Assembly (NCBI GenBank): GCA_023413895.1
Contig: JAEZOU010000003.1
Coordinates: 62,254-126,253, forward strand
DNA length: 64,000 nucleotides
Direction: 5' to 3'
From: Bacteroidota bacterium
GTDB taxonomy: Bacteria; Bacteroidota; Bacteroidia; Bacteroidales; WCHB1-69
Within the stretch, counting starts at the first letter, position 1; each line of letters begins with the position of its first letter. Shown in pieces: positions 1-10,861 of this stretch. The notes beneath the pieces were generated by a model, which saw only the letters and a program-made list of their open reading frames with translations, did no database searches and was not told the origin of the DNA. A program made the position numbers and the translations under genes.

Positions 1-1
1 C

Positions 2-742
2 AACTATCTTCAATTTCAAAAAAGCCTAATAGAGAATTACTTTGAAAATTCCAAAGTTGATAAAGTAATCAACAATAGAATCGAAATCGAACAAAATGGC
101 GTGGGTATCTATAAAGATGTTGCCAAATCATACAAAAAACTATTCAAAAAGATCAACCTTTCCCCAGTTTTTAGTAACCTACAAGGATATTATAATTACA
201 TAGAAATGCTTGATTCTCTCAATGTAATCCAACAACAATATTTACAAGTGATTGAAAAAAGAAGATCTATTTCCGAATTAAATTACGCTATTCTAAATAA
301 TCAAGAAGCCTGCTGTAAGAAAATTAATAAAATATACAAAAGAGCATTCTCCTCTACCAATTTCACACCTCAATTTAAGACAGCTCAAGATGGAGAAAAA
401 ACATTAGAAGAGTTAGATGATTTCATTACAATTCAGAATTATGTAATTACTGCTCAACAATATAAACAAACTATTACAAAGAATGAAATAGAATTTAAAA
501 CAGCAACACGCAAATTTAGAAATATCAAATCTGCATATTTTAACATTGCAAAGAGTTTCAATACAAATTACGATTTTACCCTTGTCAAAAATGCACAAGA
601 ATATAATCAACAATTGGAAGAGTTCATTCGCTATCAACAACAATTTATTTGGATTCTGAAAACACCTACGGTGAAAGAAATCAACAAAAAATTGCGCAAT
701 ATTACAGATAAAAAGAGTATTACAAATATAATCGGATTATAA
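2..742 (+). CDS. hypothetical protein, 5'-truncated by the window edge (Q/N/K-rich)
   Basis: The reading frame is open from nt 2 with no stop before the listed GTG at 101. The TAA stop at 740-742 directly abuts the next ATG (743). I recognise no motif. Confidence 0.45.
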   Translation, partial: NYLQFQKSLIENYFENSKVDKVINNRIEIEQNGVGIYKDVAKSYKKLFKKINLSPVFSNLQGYYNYIEMLDSLNVIQQQYLQVIEKRRSISELNYAILNNQEACCKKINKIYKRAFSSTNFTPQFKTAQDGEKTLEELDDFITIQNYVITAQQYKQTITKNEIEFKTATRKFRNIKSAYFNIAKSFNTNYDFTLVKNAQEYNQQLEEFIRYQQQFIWILKTPTVKEINKKLRNITDKKSITNIIGL

Positions 743-1744
743 ATGTCAATTAAATTAGGAATCAACGGATTAGGAAGAATTGGAAAACTTGTTTTACGAC
801 TAACACTCGCTCAAAACAATATTGAAGTGGTACACATCAATGATATGATGAATACCGAACTAATGGCACACCTTCTCAAATATGATAGTATTCATGGGAA
901 ACTGAACGCTTCGATAACATTTGATGACAATCATATCATCATTAATGGCAAACCAATTCGTGTGACTAATGCCGCACACCCCTCTGAAATTACATGGGAA
1001 GAAACTGGCACTGAAATTGTTCTTGATTCTAGTGGGCGTTTCAAAACCTATTCAACTTTAGAAGGGCACCTTAATCACGGGGTAAAAAAAGTAGTACTTA
1101 GTTGCCCTCCAGATGACTATTCTATTGAGAGAGTTGTTGTTATGGGTGTAAATCAGAATACGATTCTACCTACAGATCGCATCATATCCAATGCGTCTTG
1201 CACTACTAATTGTGTTGCAATAATGTTAAAAGTTCTACTCAATGAATTTGGAATCGAGAATGCTTTTATGAATACAATCCATCCAACAACCAACAATCAA
1301 AACCTACAAGATGGATACCACTCAGACTACCGCCGCGCACGTTCAGCAATTAACAATATCATTCCAACCACTTCGAGCGCCGTTCGCAGTGTACACCGAA
1401 TTTTCCCTGAACTACAAGATAAATTTAATGGGTTTGCTACACGTATTCCTATATTAGATTGTTCATACGTAGAGGTGTGCGCAATGCTCCAAAAAGAGGT
1501 AACCCGCAACGAAATCATCTCCGCATTTAAAAAATATAGCTCAGATCCTCAAATGTGTAAATTCTTGGAATTTACACAAGATCCTATTGTAAGCAGCGAC
1601 ATCACCGACAACCCCCATTCCGCAATCTTTGACGCTCTTGCAACCCAAATTCTTGGCAACAGATTTATCCAAATTCTTGGTTGGTACGATAACGAATATG
1701 GATATTCATCCCGAACCATTGACCTTATTAATTACATTGCATAA
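743..1744 (+). CDS. gap: glyceraldehyde-3-phosphate dehydrogenase, type I
   Basis: 333 aa. It has the N-terminal NAD fold GINGLGRIGK, AHLLKYDSIHG, the catalytic SNASCTTNC and the C-terminal WYDNEYGYS. Confidence 0.9.
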   Translation: MSIKLGINGLGRIGKLVLRLTLAQNNIEVVHINDMMNTELMAHLLKYDSIHGKLNASITFDDNHIIINGKPIRVTNAAHPSEITWEETGTEIVLDSSGRFKTYSTLEGHLNHGVKKVVLSCPPDDYSIERVVVMGVNQNTILPTDRIISNASCTTNCVAIMLKVLLNEFGIENAFMNTIHPTTNNQNLQDGYHSDYRRARSAINNIIPTTSSAVRSVHRIFPELQDKFNGFATRIPILDCSYVEVCAMLQKEVTRNEIISAFKKYSSDPQMCKFLEFTQDPIVSSDITDNPHSAIFDALATQILGNRFIQILGWYDNEYGYSSRTIDLINYIA

Positions 1745-1746
1745 TA

Positions 1747-4700
1747 ATGGAAGATAAAAATTTCTCAACTCAAAGCGACCATATCATCGAGTCCGATGCG
1801 CTAAAAGCCAACATCGAACAGATGAAAAATATCAAACCTATCATTCCTGAAGAACATCTTTGGCTAATCGCATTCTCCGAAAATCTATGGGGAATCCACA
1901 AAAAAACAGAGGAATTCTTTAAAGAATACAACCACCCCTACTCCAATAGAAATATTATTGTTAACAATATCGTTGATATCACAAATTCCTACTTCAGAAT
2001 TTATAAAGAGTTCTCTGATGAGGACCTAATTAAAACATTCAATATCCTTTTCGATATATTCGAAAAACTTCTACAAGAAAAACTAACTGATGAATTGGGT
2101 AAAAACCTAGTAACCAATTACCTAACGTTCTTGTTCAAAAACTATTCCCTGCTCCAAAATAAAAAGGAATTACTTATCAGAAGTATTGATATTCTGAGTC
2201 AAAATCTCGAACAAAATGAGTTCCGATATATCAGCAATATGGGGCATTTCCGCAAAAACTTAGCTTGCGCAGTTTATAATCCGCTGGTTCAAAAAAAGAT
2301 TATTGCTTTTATGCGCAACCTAAATGAGAAAAACTTGCATTTCTGGGACGAAAGTACACGTATCAACGAATGGTATGACACACATAAAAGCAGATTTTCA
2401 ACTGATTATTCACATGCCATTGATAAATTAGGACGAAAATTCTTTGATTCCCAATATGAGCAACTCAAAAAGGCAGAAACCTGGGAAGATTTAGTTGCTA
2501 TCACTTTTACATTTTCTGACATTATAAACGCTCTCAAAAAAGAGATTGAAACATTTAAAACAATTCCCGAACAATTCTGCTATCTCTTCTACCTTCTTCA
2601 CCTAAAAGGAACTATATACCATCGTGATTATCTGATTATTGAACTAAATAAAGTTATTAAACGATTTAGTACAGAATTAGATGAAGAGCAAGCCATACTT
2701 TCCATGGACGAACTATTTATCCATTTCAAGGATTTTAAAGAATCGCACGTTAACCTCATCTTAGACTCTATCCTCTCTCTAGGAAAAGAGATTATTGCAA
2801 CACATAATAAAAAATTAATCCATCACTTTGAAAATGAGGTTATTAAATTTGGATTTGAATCTCCAGGAATTGCTTATTTGACCAACGATTGGGAACTAAA
2901 AGTAAATCCTGCACACATCAAAAATATTCGTGTATGGCTCGAACTTATTGAATTCGACCCCGAAATGATGAACAAACTACTTTCGGCCTTAATTATCAAC
3001 CTGAGAGTAGGCGGAATCTTTATTTTCGATACTGATTTCTTCCAAAAAGACGTTACAAGACTACTAAACTCCAAAGTATCACCTAAATACAAACAAATCA
3101 AGCAACTTTCTCGCATATTTCCTGTTTTCTTCAATGAAATTGGTGCAGAAGGTAAACTCCGAAATGTTTCCACCCAAATTGATGAATTAGCTCACCGTAA
3201 TGATAAACTAATACATTTTCTCCGAAAACAGATTCATACAGAGGGAAATAACTCCCATATCGATATTACTAAAGAGGTAATTTTATTCTGGAATGACCTT
3301 AAGAAATCCCGATTGGCCAAAATCGTTCCACCTAATGTTTACGAAGAGATCAACCCGCGTGGCGAGTGGACTGTAGGAGTGCATAAAGTGCTAAATCGCC
3401 TATATCGTGCTGGTAATTGCACACTTGAACAACTGCTTGAACTCCCTAAAGAAGAGGTGCAAAAGTTGTCTGAAACAATCGAACACGATTCTCAACTCGA
3501 CGTCAGCCGCGTTTGCCTTATCATCGAACTTTATCAACTTCTCAAAGAGAAATATGTATTTGAAACAAAAGATATTAGTTCTATCATTAGAAGATATAAT
3601 TTCTTTGATAATGAGGAGATTGTAAATTTCGAAAAATATCTCGAGGAAGCAAATTATATTGGCGCCCTAAAGCAGATTTATGGCTTCATGAAGAAACTCA
3701 ACAATATTATTTTTGATGCTAAAGAAAGTCTCGGTTGGGAAAACATATACTACAAACGCCATATCGCTTTCGGAATTCCATCAATGTATGGCAGATACCA
3801 AGAACCTAAATTCGATGCTCTCGGTCTTACATTCCGTCTCGAAACAATGGCTTCTATTTTAATTAATAATATTATTAATCAGGTTAATACTGAATATTTT
3901 ACACTAAATTCTCTCAATCATACTTTTGAAGTAATCCAACTACTTAGAGATGGACTCAGCTTGGACGGAATCTACGACCAAGGGTTTGAGTCTAATATAA
4001 AAATGCTACAATATAGCTTAACATCTAGAAGTTTTACAATCAAACAATATATAAATATTTTCCAATTTATGGAAAATAGTATCAAGGAGATTACTCACAA
4101 ATATTTTATCCGACCTTACGAACGCCTTCTACACACTATTATTCCACTATACGCTACTGAAGAAGAACGCAACGATCCAAAACTTCTTAGCAAACTAATT
4201 GTACAAAAATCTGAAAATTTCTATCGCGAACTCATTTCATCAGCATTTATTGTGCAACCCATTGACAACTTTATCGGAACAATTCTGAATAACCTAAGAA
4301 AACAAATCAATAGCCTTTCTGACTCCGAAATTCAAAGTTTAATGTCGTACGATAGAAATTTGGTTTTCAGTCCTTTATATAAAGAAACCCCCACATTAGA
4401 CAATCAAGTTTTCTTGGGTTCTAAAGCCTACTATCTAAAAAACTTATACCTAAATAAATTCCCCGTACCCCCTGGCTTTGTTATCACAACTGAGGTCTTC
4501 CGCCGAATGAATGCCATTCAAAAAATTCCATCACTTTCAGCAGAAATTGATGCTATTATCAAGGAAAATATTACCGAATTAGAGAAAATTTCTGGATTAG
4601 AGTACGGAAATCCAGAAAAGCCGCTTCTTCTTAGCGTACGCTCTGGTGCCGCTATATCTATGCCTGGCGCTATGAATACATTCCTCAACGTCGGTATGAA

Positions 4701-5877
4701 TGATGAAATTACCGAAAATCTTAGCAAACGCGATAACTTCGCTTGGACATCATGGGACTGCTATCGTCGCTTACTGCAAACCTGGGGGATGTCTTTTGGC
4801 TTGGAAAGAAATGATTTCGACCAAATCATCTTAAATTACAAGAAAAAATATAATGTAAATCAGAAGATCGAGTTCACTCCTGCAATGATGCGTGAAATCG
4901 CTTTTGCATACAAACAACTGCTCATTGATAACAATATTGAATTTGAAAGTGACCCATTCCTACAAATTCGACAAGCAATAATCGCTGTCTTTAACTCTTG
5001 GTTTACCGACCGCGCACAAGTCTATCGCGACCACATGCAAATCGCTAACGAGTGGGGAACCGCTGTCATTGTGCAGAAAATGATCTTCGGAAATATACAT
5101 CGCGAATCGGGATCTGGCGTCCTCTTTACCCACGATCCTCAAGAGAAAGAATCTCGCATCAGCCTTACCGGTGATTTCTCTTTCCTTAGTCAAGGTGAAG
5201 ATATTGTGGCTGGACTTATCAATACCCTACCCATCAGCGAACACCAACGAATCAAATACTACCACAAATCACCATTCTCGCTCGAAAGTGCTTATCCTAA
5301 AATCTATAATAAACTAAAGGAAATTGCTAAAGATATGATTGAAAAACATAGCTTTGGACACCAAGAGATTGAGTTTACTTTTGAAACAGATAAAGCTGAA
5401 GACCTATTCGTACTTCAAACCCGAAATATGACCTTTACCAAACAAGAAAATGTGGAAGTATTTGCTACTTCTGAAGACCAAATGGTGCGAGTAGGAAGCG
5501 GTATAGGAATTGGAAATAAAGTACTTAACGGAGTAATTGTTTTTGACTTGCAAGACGTGGCAACAATGAAACGCCAAACTCCATTCAAAAATGCAGTTCT
5601 CGTTCGCCCCGATACAGTTCCCGACGACATCGAAATTATCTTCGAATGCGAAGGACTACTTACTAGTCGCGGAGGTGCAACTTCTCACGCCGCTGTTACA
5701 GCCGCTACTCTCGGTAAAACTTGCGTCGTAAACTGCGTCGATATGATTGTTTACGAAAAGAATAAAAAATGTATCATCAACGATGTGCAATTCAAACTTT
5801 TCGACGAAATTGCTATTGACGGAACCAATGGTATAATATATAAAGGTAATTATCCTATCAAATTTCAAGAAATCTAA
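1747..5877 (+). CDS. large dikinase-like protein: unrecognised ~880-aa N-terminal region + PPDK/PEP-synthase-type ATP-grasp domain + phosphohistidine swivel domain, with no PEP/pyruvate TIM-barrel
   Basis: 1376 aa. From about residue 890 it carries PPDK N-domain motifs: PVPPGF, LLSVRSGAAISMPGAMNTFLNVG, WGTAVIVQKMIFGN, GSGVLFTHDP and SQGEDIVAG. The motif GGATSHAAV follows (His codon 5686-5688). The ORF ends ~60 aa later. The start lies 2 nt after the gap stop. Confidence 0.75.
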   Translation: MEDKNFSTQSDHIIESDALKANIEQMKNIKPIIPEEHLWLIAFSENLWGIHKKTEEFFKEYNHPYSNRNIIVNNIVDITNSYFRIYKEFSDEDLIKTFNILFDIFEKLLQEKLTDELGKNLVTNYLTFLFKNYSLLQNKKELLIRSIDILSQNLEQNEFRYISNMGHFRKNLACAVYNPLVQKKIIAFMRNLNEKNLHFWDESTRINEWYDTHKSRFSTDYSHAIDKLGRKFFDSQYEQLKKAETWEDLVAITFTFSDIINALKKEIETFKTIPEQFCYLFYLLHLKGTIYHRDYLIIELNKVIKRFSTELDEEQAILSMDELFIHFKDFKESHVNLILDSILSLGKEIIATHNKKLIHHFENEVIKFGFESPGIAYLTNDWELKVNPAHIKNIRVWLELIEFDPEMMNKLLSALIINLRVGGIFIFDTDFFQKDVTRLLNSKVSPKYKQIKQLSRIFPVFFNEIGAEGKLRNVSTQIDELAHRNDKLIHFLRKQIHTEGNNSHIDITKEVILFWNDLKKSRLAKIVPPNVYEEINPRGEWTVGVHKVLNRLYRAGNCTLEQLLELPKEEVQKLSETIEHDSQLDVSRVCLIIELYQLLKEKYVFETKDISSIIRRYNFFDNEEIVNFEKYLEEANYIGALKQIYGFMKKLNNIIFDAKESLGWENIYYKRHIAFGIPSMYGRYQEPKFDALGLTFRLETMASILINNIINQVNTEYFTLNSLNHTFEVIQLLRDGLSLDGIYDQGFESNIKMLQYSLTSRSFTIKQYINIFQFMENSIKEITHKYFIRPYERLLHTIIPLYATEEERNDPKLLSKLIVQKSENFYRELISSAFIVQPIDNFIGTILNNLRKQINSLSDSEIQSLMSYDRNLVFSPLYKETPTLDNQVFLGSKAYYLKNLYLNKFPVPPGFVITTEVFRRMNAIQKIPSLSAEIDAIIKENITELEKISGLEYGNPEKPLLLSVRSGAAISMPGAMNTFLNVGMNDEITENLSKRDNFAWTSWDCYRRLLQTWGMSFGLERNDFDQIILNYKKKYNVNQKIEFTPAMMREIAFAYKQLLIDNNIEFESDPFLQIRQAIIAVFNSWFTDRAQVYRDHMQIANEWGTAVIVQKMIFGNIHRESGSGVLFTHDPQEKESRISLTGDFSFLSQGEDIVAGLINTLPISEHQRIKYYHKSPFSLESAYPKIYNKLKEIAKDMIEKHSFGHQEIEFTFETDKAEDLFVLQTRNMTFTKQENVEVFATSEDQMVRVGSGIGIGNKVLNGVIVFDLQDVATMKRQTPFKNAVLVRPDTVPDDIEIIFECEGLLTSRGGATSHAAVTAATLGKTCVVNCVDMIVYEKNKKCIINDVQFKLFDEIAIDGTNGIIYKGNYPIKFQEI

Positions 5878-5893
5878 CTTAATACACATTAAT

Positions 5894-6568
5894 ATGAATG
5901 ATAAATTGTGCAAACTGCTTATCGATAAAGGTGAATTAAAACAAAATATCTTTGCCTCTACTTTAGACGCAATGCAAATGTTTAAAGATGCTGCTAAAGA
6001 ATTTGACGACCACTTTAAAAATGAATATGCAGATGACCACGAAAAAATTAACGTGCACTTTAATAATAAAAATCAATACCTCTTCCAAATGAGATTCGCT
6101 GGCGATGTTCTCATATTCCTAATGCATACTAATATCTTTGAATTCCCTCGCGACCACGAAGTGATGAGAACACCCTACATTCGCCAAGATAAAGAAAGGT
6201 CCTACTGTGGAATGATCTCTATCTTCAATTTCCTCTCTGATTCCTTAAAATACAACCGCATTAATGATATCGGTTATATGATTGGAAGAATTCTTATCAA
6301 CAAAGATCAACATTACTTCGTTGAGGGAAAAAGAGAGCTCGCTCAAATACTAAATAACTTCAGCGAGAACAAATTTTCTCCCGAAATTGCTAGGAAAGTT
6401 TTACACTCCGCAATCGAATATACGATAAATTTTGACCTTTTGCTTCCAAATTATGAACTCACAAAAGAGATTTCTGTCGATAATATCCTCCAAATTGAGG
6501 ATCAAGGCATGACTATCAAAACTGCTAAACGTCTGGGTTTCAGGTTTGAACGAGACAAAAATCAATAA
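5894..6568 (+). CDS. hypothetical protein (last gene of the gap/dikinase-like run)
   Basis: 224-aa ORF starting 16 nt after the previous stop. No recognisable motif. It is followed by an A8T9 palindrome. Confidence 0.55.
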   Translation: MNDKLCKLLIDKGELKQNIFASTLDAMQMFKDAAKEFDDHFKNEYADDHEKINVHFNNKNQYLFQMRFAGDVLIFLMHTNIFEFPRDHEVMRTPYIRQDKERSYCGMISIFNFLSDSLKYNRINDIGYMIGRILINKDQHYFVEGKRELAQILNNFSENKFSPEIARKVLHSAIEYTINFDLLLPNYELTKEISVDNILQIEDQGMTIKTAKRLGFRFERDKNQ

Positions 6569-6614
6569 AAAAAATTTTTTTTCATTTTTTGGCTGCGCGT
6601 ATTCTAAAAACTAT

Positions 6615-6622
6615 TACTTTTG
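6615..6622 (+). promoter_or_regulatory. Bacteroidota -7 promoter box (TAnnTTTG) for tRNA-Glu
   Basis: TACTTTTG lies 21 nt upstream of the mature tRNA 5' end. Confidence 0.5.
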
Positions 6623-6642
6623 CACTCATCAAAAACGGAAAC

Positions 6643-6717
6643 GCCGCGTTCGTCTAGCTGGCCCAGGACGCAAGGTTTTCATCCTTGAAATCAGGGGTTC
6701 GAATCCCCTACGCGGTA
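6643..6717 (+). tRNA. tRNA-Glu (anticodon UUC)
   Basis: Hand-folded cloverleaf. Acceptor stem GCCGCGT/ACGCGGT (1 G-U). D stem GTCT/GGAC. Anticodon stem CAAGG/CCTTG with loop TTTTCAT (anticodon TTC). T arm AGGGG-TTCGAAT-CCCCT. Discriminator A. CCA is not encoded. Confidence 0.9.
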
Positions 6718-6723
6718 CCCCTT

Positions 6724-6752
6724 AAGGCAAAACATTACGTTTTGCCTTTTTT
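6724..6752 (+). terminator. hairpin + T-run after tRNA-Glu
   Basis: AAGGCAAAAC-attac-GTTTTGCCTT followed by a T run. Confidence 0.6.
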
Positions 6753-7051
6753 GTTTTTACCTATGCAGAAAATTTGAGTTTTACTCTCTGACTCCTCTAC
6801 ACGCAAAGACCACATACTTGCTACCAGATTGTCCTCTCAAATTTCAGATATTTACCAAACATATACAACTATCGCATGATTCTATTCCACAAACCATATT
6901 TATTCTTTTATTCACATTCTAAAAACCTCAATTTATATCAGACACCAACAACTTATTGCATCCCATCTTAAAACAAAAAATAGCACTTTCCGTCTAGTCT
7001 TTTATTCTATATTTTTACTAAAAACAAGCCTATTTGTATTATTTTTTTTCG

Positions 7052-7059
7052 TACTTTTG
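7052..7059 (+). promoter_or_regulatory. candidate -7 box upstream of gyrA
   Basis: TACTTTTG lies 68 nt upstream of the gyrA ATG. It overlaps an imperfect hairpin, ACTTTTGTA..TACAAAAAGT. Confidence 0.4.
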
Positions 7060-7126
7060 TAAGATAATACAAAAAGTCTCAAGATATTAAAAATCAACAA
7101 TATAACAATATAAAAAAGGAAAGAAA

Positions 7127-9628
7127 ATGACAGAAGGAGAAAAAATTGTTCGCGTGAACATAGAAGACCAGATGAAAACAGCATATATCGACTACTCTAT
7201 GTCAGTAATCGTTTCTCGCGCCCTCCCCGATGCGAGAGATGGGCTAAAACCCGTACATAGAAGAATCTTATATGCTATGTGGGATACCGGAATCCTCTCC
7301 AACAAACCATACAAGAAATCTGCTAGTACCGTCGGTGAAGTATTAGGTAAATACCACCCACACGGTGATACTGCTGTTTATGATGCATTGGTTCGCTTGG
7401 CTCAAGATTGGACGCTCCGCTACCCATTCGTTGATGGTCAAGGAAACTTTGGCTCCGTCGATGGTGATAGCCCTGCAGCAATGCGTTATACTGAAGCTCG
7501 TATGCGCAAAATCGCAGAAGAGATGCTCGTTGACATCGACAAAGATACTGTGATGTTTGTCAACAACTTCGACGACTCACTCCAAGAACCATCAGTTCTT
7601 CCTTCCAAAATTCCAGCACTCCTCGTCAATGGCTCCTCTGGTATTGCTGTTGGTATGGCAACAAACATGGCTCCACACAACCTAACAGAGGTTTGTAACG
7701 GAGTATGCGCCTATATCGATAATCCTGATATCACAATTCCCGAACTTATGGAGCATATACAAGCTCCAGACTTTCCAACGGGCTGTACCATATATGGTTA
7801 TGAAGGCGTAAGAAATGCTTTCGAAACAGGTAGAGGTAGAGTTGTAATGCGCGGAGATGCTATTATCAATGAAAATAATGGAAAAAATACTATCACTGTT
7901 GTATCTCTCCCCTACTTGGTAAACCCTTCTGAAATGATTAAAAGAACCGTCGAACTGATTCGTGAAGACAAAATCGACGGAATCTCCAATATTGAGAATC
8001 TTTCAAGCAAGAAAAATGGAACTAAAATTGTATATGAACTAAAAAAAGATGCTGTTCCTAACGTAGTTCTCAACAAATTATACCAATACACAGCATTACA
8101 ATCCTCTTTCAGCATTAACAACGTAGCTCTCGTTAACGGACGCCCTATGTCGTTAAATTTGAAAGACTTAATTTCTGAATACGTAAAACATAGACATAAC
8201 GTAATCATTCGTCGTACTGAATTTGAACTCAAAAAAGCGCAAAGTCGCGCTCATATCCTCGAAGGATTCTTAAAAGCACTTGACATTATCGACGAAATTA
8301 TTCACCTTATCCGTGCGAGTGCAACTCCAGCAGATGCAATCACGGGATTGATGGAAAAATGGGATTTCTCCGAAATTCAAGCCCGAGAAATCGTGGATAT
8401 GAGATTGCGCCAATTAACAGCTCTCGAAAAGGATAAACTCCAAAATGAGTTTGATGAGTTGATGAAGAAAATCAAATATTACCAAGATGTTTTAGCAGAT
8501 TACAACTTACAAATGAAAATTGTAAAAGATGAGATTATGGAAGTGCGCGAAAAATATGGTGATGAACGTCGCTCCCGTATAGAATTTTCTGCAACTGACT
8601 TCTGCATCGAAGACACAATCTCCGACGACGAAGTGGTAATTACCATCTCTCACCTTGGCTACATCAAACGTACTCCATTAACCGAATATAAAGTACAAAA
8701 TCGTGGTGGAAAAGGATCTAAAGGATCTTCTTCTCGTGAAGAAGATTTCACAGAACACCTCTATACAGCAACCAATCATAACCACCTTCTCTTCTTCACA
8801 GAAAAAGGTAAGTGCTTCTGGCTTAGAGTATTTGAAATTCCAGAAGGAACCAAAACATCCAAAGGACGCGCTATTCAAAACCTTATCAATATTGAGCAAG
8901 ACGATAAGATTAAAGCCGTTATCAATCTTAAAACATTATCTGACACAGACTATATAAACAACAATTATATCATTCTTTGTACCCAAAAAGGTATCATTAA
9001 GAAAACCTCTTTGGAAGCTTATTCACGCCCACGCCAAAATGGTATCATAGCTATCAACATTCGCGAAAACGACCACCTACTAGAAGCTCACCTTACCAAT
9101 GGCGAAAGCGAGATTATGATGGCTCTTAACTCAGGAAAAGCGGTACGCTTTAATGAAAATACGGTACGTCCAATGGGAAGAAATGCATCTGGAGTTCGCG
9201 GTATTACCTTGGCAGACGAAAACGACTTCGTTGTAGGTATGATTAGCATCAACAACCTGAGAGATAATATTTTAGTTGTTTCTGAAAATGGATACGGAAA
9301 ACGTTCATTACTAGAAGATTACAGAATTACAAATCGTGGTGGAAAAGGTATTAAAACTATCAGTATCAGTGAAAAAACAGGTGGTTTGATTGCACTTAAA
9401 AATGTTACCGACAATGATGACCTTATGATTATCAATCGCTCGGGAATCGCAATTCGCCTACATGTTGACCAGTTACGCGTACTGAGCCGCGCAACACAAG
9501 GCGTTAAATTAATCAATTTAAAAGAGGGAGACATTATTGCAGCCGTTTCTCAAGTTCCACGTTCTGAAGATGAAATGGAAGGTGAAGAAGTTATAGAACA
9601 ACCTTCTGAAAACATTACTAATGAATAA
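7127..9628 (+). CDS. gyrA: DNA gyrase subunit A
   Basis: 833 aa. Contains [13 protein letters not shown], the QRDR sequence [20 protein letters not shown] and the active-site region [11 protein letters not shown]-terminal beta-pinwheel repeats are present. Confidence 0.95.
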   Translation: MTEGEKIVRVNIEDQMKTAYIDYSMSVIVSRALPDARDGLKPVHRRILYAMWDTGILSNKPYKKSASTVGEVLGKYHPHGDTAVYDALVRLAQDWTLRYPFVDGQGNFGSVDGDSPAAMRYTEARMRKIAEEMLVDIDKDTVMFVNNFDDSLQEPSVLPSKIPALLVNGSSGIAVGMATNMAPHNLTEVCNGVCAYIDNPDITIPELMEHIQAPDFPTGCTIYGYEGVRNAFETGRGRVVMRGDAIINENNGKNTITVVSLPYLVNPSEMIKRTVELIREDKIDGISNIENLSSKKNGTKIVYELKKDAVPNVVLNKLYQYTALQSSFSINNVALVNGRPMSLNLKDLISEYVKHRHNVIIRRTEFELKKAQSRAHILEGFLKALDIIDEIIHLIRASATPADAITGLMEKWDFSEIQAREIVDMRLRQLTALEKDKLQNEFDELMKKIKYYQDVLADYNLQMKIVKDEIMEVREKYGDERRSRIEFSATDFCIEDTISDDEVVITISHLGYIKRTPLTEYKVQNRGGKGSKGSSSREEDFTEHLYTATNHNHLLFFTEKGKCFWLRVFEIPEGTKTSKGRAIQNLINIEQDDKIKAVINLKTLSDTDYINNNYIILCTQKGIIKKTSLEAYSRPRQNGIIAINIRENDHLLEAHLTNGESEIMMALNSGKAVRFNENTVRPMGRNASGVRGITLADENDFVVGMISINNLRDNILVVSENGYGKRSLLEDYRITNRGGKGIKTISISEKTGGLIALKNVTDNDDLMIINRSGIAIRLHVDQLRVLSRATQGVKLINLKEGDIIAAVSQVPRSEDEMEGEEVIEQPSENITNE

Positions 9629-9648
9629 ATTTCTTAACATAAGAAAAT

Positions 9649-10839
9649 ATGATAAAAAATAAACTTTTAACGTTGGGATTACTTCTCCTTTTCAGCACTG
9701 TTTTTGCTCAAAAACCATCATTAACAAAAGCATATAACTATTATTATGAAAAGGACTTTGCAAATGCTAAAGAAGCAATTGACTTATGCACACAAGATGC
9801 TAAGTTATCCACAAAAGCAAACACTTGGCTCTACAAAGGCAATATCTATTTTTATATAGCTAACGAAGAGTTTGAAAAACGCAAAACCGACGAAAATTAC
9901 ATATTCGTTTATCCAGATGCAGCTTCTGAAGCATACAAAGCATTTCTCAAAGCAAAAGAGATTAATGCCAACATTGAAGGTTCTGGAATGCTTACTCCCG
10001 ATGAAGGCTTGAGCAAAATTTATCTTCTACTATTTTATACAGCTGCTGATTTCCTTAATACAAATAATTTCACAAAAGCGAAAGAAATGTTAAAAGAAGC
10101 GGTTGAAAGTTACGAAATGTTCAACCCACCATTCTACCCATTAAATGGTGAACTTTACTATTACTACGCTTACACCCTCGAATCACTGAATGAACTCTCT
10201 GAAGCAGAGAAATATTACAACAAAGCTATTAATGATAATCCTAACAACTACAACGCATATTTTCGTCTTACTGAACTTTACAAAAAAGAGAACCAATTAG
10301 ATAAAATGAAAGAGGTCTTGGAGGCTGGGAAAAAATCATTTCCAAGCGAGCCTGCCTTCTACATTGCTACAATTGAATACTATTTTACGAAAGGTGAAAA
10401 AGAAAAAGCTACTGAGATGTTAAAAAACATCCCTCAAACTGCCTATCAAAATGCTGACATGTTGGGAAATATTGCCAATTTCTATATTCAAAATAAGGAC
10501 TATCATCAAGCCTTGGATTTGTTAAAAAAAGCTAATAAAATCAACCCCAATAATTTCGTTATACATTATAATATGGGAGTTTGTTATTACTATCTTTCCG
10601 AATCTACCTTCACTGAACTCAATAAGTTAGAAGCAGAAGGCAAGAAAGATGAAGCAACTCCTTTACGTACAGATTACGAAAATTATCTTCACTATGCGAC
10701 ATTCTACTTTGAAAAAGTATTAGAAAAAGAGCCTAACGATTTAAACGTTCTTAAATCATTAAAATCAATATACGCAAGAACGCAATCATCAAAGATTGAT
10801 GAAATTAATAACCGAATAAATCAAATTGAAAGTAAATAA
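9649..10839 (+). CDS. secreted tetratricopeptide-repeat protein
   Basis: 396 aa. Signal peptide (LLLLFSTVFAQ). Repeated A/Y/L-patterned TPR-like helices (YNKAINDNPNNYNAYFRL, ALDLLKKANKINPNN). Confidence 0.65.
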   Translation: MIKNKLLTLGLLLLFSTVFAQKPSLTKAYNYYYEKDFANAKEAIDLCTQDAKLSTKANTWLYKGNIYFYIANEEFEKRKTDENYIFVYPDAASEAYKAFLKAKEINANIEGSGMLTPDEGLSKIYLLLFYTAADFLNTNNFTKAKEMLKEAVESYEMFNPPFYPLNGELYYYYAYTLESLNELSEAEKYYNKAINDNPNNYNAYFRLTELYKKENQLDKMKEVLEAGKKSFPSEPAFYIATIEYYFTKGEKEKATEMLKNIPQTAYQNADMLGNIANFYIQNKDYHQALDLLKKANKINPNNFVIHYNMGVCYYYLSESTFTELNKLEAEGKKDEATPLRTDYENYLHYATFYFEKVLEKEPNDLNVLKSLKSIYARTQSSKIDEINNRINQIESK

Positions 10840-10861
10840 AAAAACAGCAAAATTAACAATT

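Noticed and set aside
1747-5877. Calling the 1376-aa ORF pyruvate phosphate dikinase or PEP synthase
   Set aside because: Only the ATP-grasp and phosphohistidine modules are present. The ORF stops ~60 aa after the TSH motif, and neither it nor the next ORF contains a PEP/pyruvate TIM-barrel.
6569-6590. A8T9 palindrome after the 224-aa ORF as a regulatory element
   Set aside because: A pure A/T hairpin has negligible stability. It is most simply a low-complexity spacer or weak terminator-like sequence.
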